This document shows, one piece after another, positions 48,194 to 51,776 of a stretch of DNA of 51,776 nt. The translations under genes were made by a program, and so were the position numbers. The DNA lies in contig CAZVUD010000003.1 of NCBI GenBank assembly GCA_964629615.1, positions 11,764 through 63,539 on the forward strand, in the 5' to 3' direction. The notes beneath the pieces were generated by a model. That model was not told the origin of the DNA. It saw only the letters and a program-made list of their open reading frames with translations, and did no database searches. Position 1 is the first letter of the stretch; every line of letters begins with the position of its first letter. This DNA comes from an uncultured Clostridium sp. GTDB taxonomy: Bacteria > Bacillota > Clostridia > Oscillospirales > CAG-272.

Positions 48194-49228
48194 ATGCATA
48201 AAAAAATAAAGATAGCCATAAGCATATGCCTGTCCGTAATAGTCCTGTGCGCAGTGCTGTTTTTGCTGACACACCTTCTCACTCCCAAAAGCACAGATCC
48301 GAGAGAGCGAGGGCTGATAGGCGAATACTACGACGAGATAGAGCAGGGAAATGAGCACCAGGTAATATTCATAGGCGACTGCGAGGTGTATGAATCATTC
48401 ACACCACCCACGCTGTGGAATGAATACGGTATAACATCCTATATACGCGGAAGCGCACAGCAGCTGATCTGGCAGTCATACTATCTCCTTGAAGAGACCT
48501 TCAAATATGAATCTCCGAATGTCGTTGTCTTCAACGTGCTTTCCATGAAATACGGAGAGCCGCAAAAGGAAGAATATAACCGAATGACACTTGACGGCAT
48601 GAAGAATTCAAGTATAAAGCATGACGCGATCAAAGCATCCATGATGGATGACGAATCATTGCTGTCCTATTATTTTCCGATCCTCAGATATCACTCAAGG
48701 TGGAAGGAAATCTCCGCATACGATATCACGCATATGTTTAATGAAGAAAAGGTATCACACAACGGATACCTCATGATGACCGATATAAAGCCCATGGATA
48801 GCCAGCGTGAGCCTGATGCACTGCTTGATTACACTCTGCCTTCTGTCTGCTTTGAATATCTTGACATGATGTCAGAGCTTTGCAAAGAAAACGGAGCCGA
48901 GCTCGTGCTTATAAAAGCTCCGACAAATTCATGGAAATACTATTGGTATGACAAATGGGATGCTCAGATATGCGAATACGCAAAGAAAAATGAGCTTGCA
49001 TACTATAATTTTATAGATAACGGGGACATCGGAATAGATTGGGATCATGACACATACGACGGCGGAATGCACCTGAATGTATACGGAGCCGAAAAGCTTA
49101 CGCATTATTTCGGTAGGATACTGTCAGAGTCGCACGGAGTGACATCAGAAAAGGACGATCCCGATATATCTGCCGCATGGACGGAAAAATACAACGCATA
49201 TATAAATGAAAGAAACAGCACTCAATAA
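48194..49228 (+). CDS. Membrane-anchored SGNH/DltD-like acyltransferase/esterase-fold protein
   Basis: N-terminal TM segment, block I-like VIFIGDCEVYE, block V-like DGGMHLNVYG. Located directly after the MBOAT gene. Confidence 0.6.
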   Translation: MHKKIKIAISICLSVIVLCAVLFLLTHLLTPKSTDPRERGLIGEYYDEIEQGNEHQVIFIGDCEVYESFTPPTLWNEYGITSYIRGSAQQLIWQSYYLLEETFKYESPNVVVFNVLSMKYGEPQKEEYNRMTLDGMKNSSIKHDAIKASMMDDESLLSYYFPILRYHSRWKEISAYDITHMFNEEKVSHNGYLMMTDIKPMDSQREPDALLDYTLPSVCFEYLDMMSELCKENGAELVLIKAPTNSWKYYWYDKWDAQICEYAKKNELAYYNFIDNGDIGIDWDHDTYDGGMHLNVYGAEKLTHYFGRILSESHGVTSEKDDPDISAAWTEKYNAYINERNSTQ

Positions 49229-49252
49229 TATACCGACATATGGAGGAAACTC

Positions 49253-49771
49253 ATGAAAAGAATAATATCGATAATACTTTGTATAGCCGCCGCGCTTTGC
49301 ATGCTTACAGCATGTAATACAGACACTGAAGATAACGGTAAGGACGATGCAGGCAAGACAAACGCTGCCGCGTTTTCAGATTTCAGCTATAACGGCACAC
49401 AGATAAAGATAAATGCAGATGCCAAGGATATAGTATCAAAGCTTGGCGAGCCAAAATCAACAGAGGACTTTGATGCAGGATGCGGCGACACAGCACGTGG
49501 ATATATATATACCTACAATGGATTTGAGATACGCACAAACCCTGTTGACGGTGCAGATCTTATTGATAAGATAACCTTGATCAATGATCTTGCTTCAACT
49601 CCCGAGGGGGCACATATAGGCATGACATGCGATGAGATCAAAAAGATATACGGTGATCCGAACGCCAAGACTGACGAGATCATGCAGTACACAGCAAACG
49701 GTGTTGACCTGCGCTTTGAGATAAACTCGGATAAGACAGTCATAAAGATAACCTATACACCTTCGAAATAA
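49253..49771 (+). CDS. Lipoprotein of unknown function
   Basis: Signal peptide with LTAC lipobox. GGAGGA RBS. Last gene before the operon terminator. Confidence 0.7.
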   Translation: MKRIISIILCIAAALCMLTACNTDTEDNGKDDAGKTNAAAFSDFSYNGTQIKINADAKDIVSKLGEPKSTEDFDAGCGDTARGYIYTYNGFEIRTNPVDGADLIDKITLINDLASTPEGAHIGMTCDEIKKIYGDPNAKTDEIMQYTANGVDLRFEINSDKTVIKITYTPSK

Positions 49772-49816
49772 CGTAATTTAAACACCTTTTAGTCATATGT
49801 GACAAATTTAATACAT

Positions 49817-49853
49817 ATCACCCGACCAAGTATTAGCAGGTCGGGTGATTTTT
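49817..49853 (+). terminator. Terminator of the Dlt-like operon
   Basis: ATCACCCGACC-11 nt-GGTCGGGTGAT followed by TTTT. Confidence 0.8.
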
Positions 49854-49896
49854 AGCACTGTTCATAAAATGTTAACAAAAATAATTCAAAAAATAC

Positions 49897-49924
49897 TTGA
49901 CAACAGAAAAAAAAGTGGTAAAAT
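49897..49924 (+). promoter_or_regulatory. hrcA-grpE-dnaK promoter
   Basis: TTGACA (49897-49902), 16-nt spacer, TGgTAAAAT. Confidence 0.7.
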
Positions 49925-49936
49925 AGTATCATAAGG

Positions 49937-49963
49937 TTAGCACTTAGAGCAAATGAGTGCTAA
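49937..49963. promoter_or_regulatory. CIRCE operator (HrcA binding site)
   Basis: TTAGCACTT-agagcaaat-GAGTGCTAA, compared with the consensus TTAGCACTC-N9-GAGTGCTAA. Confidence 0.95.
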
Positions 49964-50025
49964 TTTCAAGAAAATGCATAACATAAAGGCAGTTAAAATA
50001 AATTGTGTAAAAGGGGGAAGCAAAA

Positions 50026-51120
50026 ATGGCTGGAAAGTCGGGGGAACAGTTAAGTGAAAGAAAGAAGCTCATACTCAAGGCTATTATTGATTCTCACATA
50101 GCGGACGGAGAGCCTGTCGGCTCGAAGTACCTGCTTCAAAATGAGCACTTGACCTGCTCGTCTGCTACCATAAGAAACGAGATGGCAGAGCTTGAGCATC
50201 TCGGTTACCTTGAACAGCCGCACACCTCATCGGGAAGAGTGCCAACCGAGCTCGGTTACAGATTTTATGTCGATTCGCTTATTGAGAGCTATGCAATGAC
50301 GACAAATGAGATCAATGAGATAAATAAGCTTTTGAAATCCAAGATGAATCAGCTCGATCAGATATTGCTTACAGCATCAAAGCTTGCAGGTAACATCACA
50401 AATTACACGAGCTTTCTTATAAAGCCCAAGGCTTCCATGGTCAGCATAAAGAGATTTGACGTGATATACGTCGATCAGCACAGCATGCTGCTTGTCATGA
50501 TAAGCTCAAACGGGGGAATAATAACAAAGCAGTTGTCCATCGAAGCAAATATCTCACAGCTCACAGTCACGGATCTTTCCATGGCACTGAACGACCACAT
50601 AGCAGGTCTTACCGCAAACGAGATAACTCTTCCGATAATCATTGAGCTTGAAAAGATGATGGGGGACAGATCAGATATCGTAACTCCCATAATCAAGATC
50701 ATATACGAGAGCATGAGCGAGATCGACGAAGGCGACCTCCGCGTAAGCGGTATGGACAGACTTTTGCAATATCCCGAATACAGCAATAAGGATCAGCTCC
50801 GTGAGCTTCTGACGACCCTTGAAAATAAAGAGGATATACTTGATATCGTTTCTGACACTGATAAAACGAGCGACAGGGTAAACGTCGTTATCGGCTCGGA
50901 AAGCGAGGTTAAGGTAATGAATAATTCCGCGATCGTTTTCAAGCCCGTTGTCAAGGACGGACAGACGCTTGGCGCTATAGGTATTATAGGACCGAGGCGA
51001 ATGGATTACGCAAAGGTAGTTGCCACGATAGACGGACTTACGGGAAATATAGAAAACATACTGAACGAAAACAATTTGATAAATAATGATAGAAAAGGAG
51101 AGGAAAGCAATGGAGGATAA
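50026..51120 (+). CDS. hrcA: Heat-inducible transcription repressor HrcA
   Basis: LSERKKLILKAIIDSHIADGEPVGSKYL N-terminus; CIRCE upstream; grpE downstream. Confidence 0.95.
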   Translation: MAGKSGEQLSERKKLILKAIIDSHIADGEPVGSKYLLQNEHLTCSSATIRNEMAELEHLGYLEQPHTSSGRVPTELGYRFYVDSLIESYAMTTNEINEINKLLKSKMNQLDQILLTASKLAGNITNYTSFLIKPKASMVSIKRFDVIYVDQHSMLLVMISSNGGIITKQLSIEANISQLTVTDLSMALNDHIAGLTANEITLPIIIELEKMMGDRSDIVTPIIKIIYESMSEIDEGDLRVSGMDRLLQYPEYSNKDQLRELLTTLENKEDILDIVSDTDKTSDRVNVVIGSESEVKVMNNSAIVFKPVVKDGQTLGAIGIIGPRRMDYAKVVATIDGLTGNIENILNENNLINNDRKGEESNGG

Positions 51121-51688
51121 AGAAACAACCATCTCTGAAGAGAATATCGAAGAGATAGACGTTTCCGCCGAGGCTGAAAACACTTCTGACAAGGAAGCCA
51201 AGGGCGACAAGAAAAAAAGCAAAAAGCTTGAATCCGAGATATCCCGACTCAATGAAGAATTAAAGGGAAAGGATGCGGAGATCAAGGATCTTAATGACAA
51301 ATATACAAGAATGTACGCGGAATATGACAACTTCCGCAAAAGAAGCGCAAAAGAAAGGGATGGTATATATGCGGATGCTTATGCAGATGCGATATCGTCA
51401 ATACTCCCGATCCTTGACAACATAGAACGCGCCGTAGGATATACGGATGCGGAGGCTGTGCTAAAGGGTGTGGAGATGATCCTTAAGGGCGCGAATGAGA
51501 CCTTTGAAAAGATGGGCGTTAAGTCCTTCGGTCAGGTAGGCGACGCATTCGACCCCAACAGGCACAACGCAGTAATGCATGTCGAGGATGAATCCCTCGG
51601 CGAAAATGTTATCACCGACGTATTCCAGAAGGGATATACGAAGGGTGATAAGGTGATCAGATACGCTATGGTAAAGGTAGCAAACTGA
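51110..51688 (+). CDS. grpE: Nucleotide exchange factor GrpE
   Basis: YDNFRKRSAKE, FDPNRHNAV. Start at ATG 51110, after GGAGAGG. Overlaps the end of hrcA. Confidence 0.9.
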   Translation: MEDKETTISEENIEEIDVSAEAENTSDKEAKGDKKKSKKLESEISRLNEELKGKDAEIKDLNDKYTRMYAEYDNFRKRSAKERDGIYADAYADAISSILPILDNIERAVGYTDAEAVLKGVEMILKGANETFEKMGVKSFGQVGDAFDPNRHNAVMHVEDESLGENVITDVFQKGYTKGDKVIRYAMVKVAN

Positions 51689-51732
51689 TATTTTATAAGA
51701 AAATTTTTATTATCCCTAAGGAGGAATTTATT

Positions 51733-51776
51733 ATGGGAAAAATCATTGGTATAGATCTTGGTACAACAAACTCTTG
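51733..51776 (+). CDS. dnaK: Chaperone DnaK, 5' end only (truncated by the window edge)
   Basis: MGKIIGIDLGTTNS, preceded by AAGGAGG. Confidence 0.9.
   Translation, partial: MGKIIGIDLGTTNS

Noticed and set aside
49817-49849. Shared hairpin core ACCCGACC/GGTCGGGT with the repeat hairpins at 10761, 10904 and 11047, as a possible REP-like family
   Set aside because: The two arms are not independent, so this is effectively a single 8-mer coincidence. One such match in about 52 kb on both strands is expected by chance. Loops and flanks differ.
49852-49878. Second CIRCE element (TTAGCACTG right after the operon terminator)
   Set aside because: Only the left half-site matches. The sequence 9 nt downstream (TGTTAACAA) does not resemble GAGTGCTAA.
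50671-51339. 222-aa ORF on the minus strand
   Set aside because: It is antisense to hrcA and grpE. Its Ser/Ile-rich low-complexity translation marks it as a shadow ORF.

Overview
This 51.8 kb window looks like a chromosomal segment from a spore-forming, Clostridia-type Firmicute. That guess rests on the dipicolinate synthase genes dpaAB, the CIRCE-controlled hrcA-grpE-dnaK operon, encoded CCA on the tRNA, and many near-consensus sigma-A promoters (TTGACA-17-TATAAT). About 50 CDS are tightly packed and most are housekeeping: alaS, ffh-rpsP, folD, fhs, nadE, ispDF, rpe, rpiB, tsaBE, lgt, prs, hslO, coaW and rqcH.

Four parts are not ordinary core genome:
1. A sharply AT-rich two-gene insertion at about 21.07-23.85 kb sits between the alaS terminator and the rpe stop codon. 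It encodes a 4-TM/coiled-coil protein and an asparagine-synthase-like protein that appears to lack the PP-loop. An (AT)12 tract lies inside its putative promoter. This is my best candidate for an undescribed system.
2. A tRNA-Arg(CCT) is followed by 2.4 copies of a 143-bp tandem repeat. The repeat starts in the tRNA 3' end, and each unit ends in a tRNA-3'-like sequence.
3. A six-gene operon at 43.4-49.85 kb encodes a carrier-protein-dependent (Dlt-like) surface acylation system. It has non-canonical gene order and content: transglutaminase/Ig protein, adenylase, carrier protein, AlgI-size MBOAT, SGNH protein and lipoprotein.
4. A 5'-truncated Cys-repeat/LRR surface protein lies at the left edge.

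All protein calls come from motif recognition by eye in the supplied translations. No database search was run.
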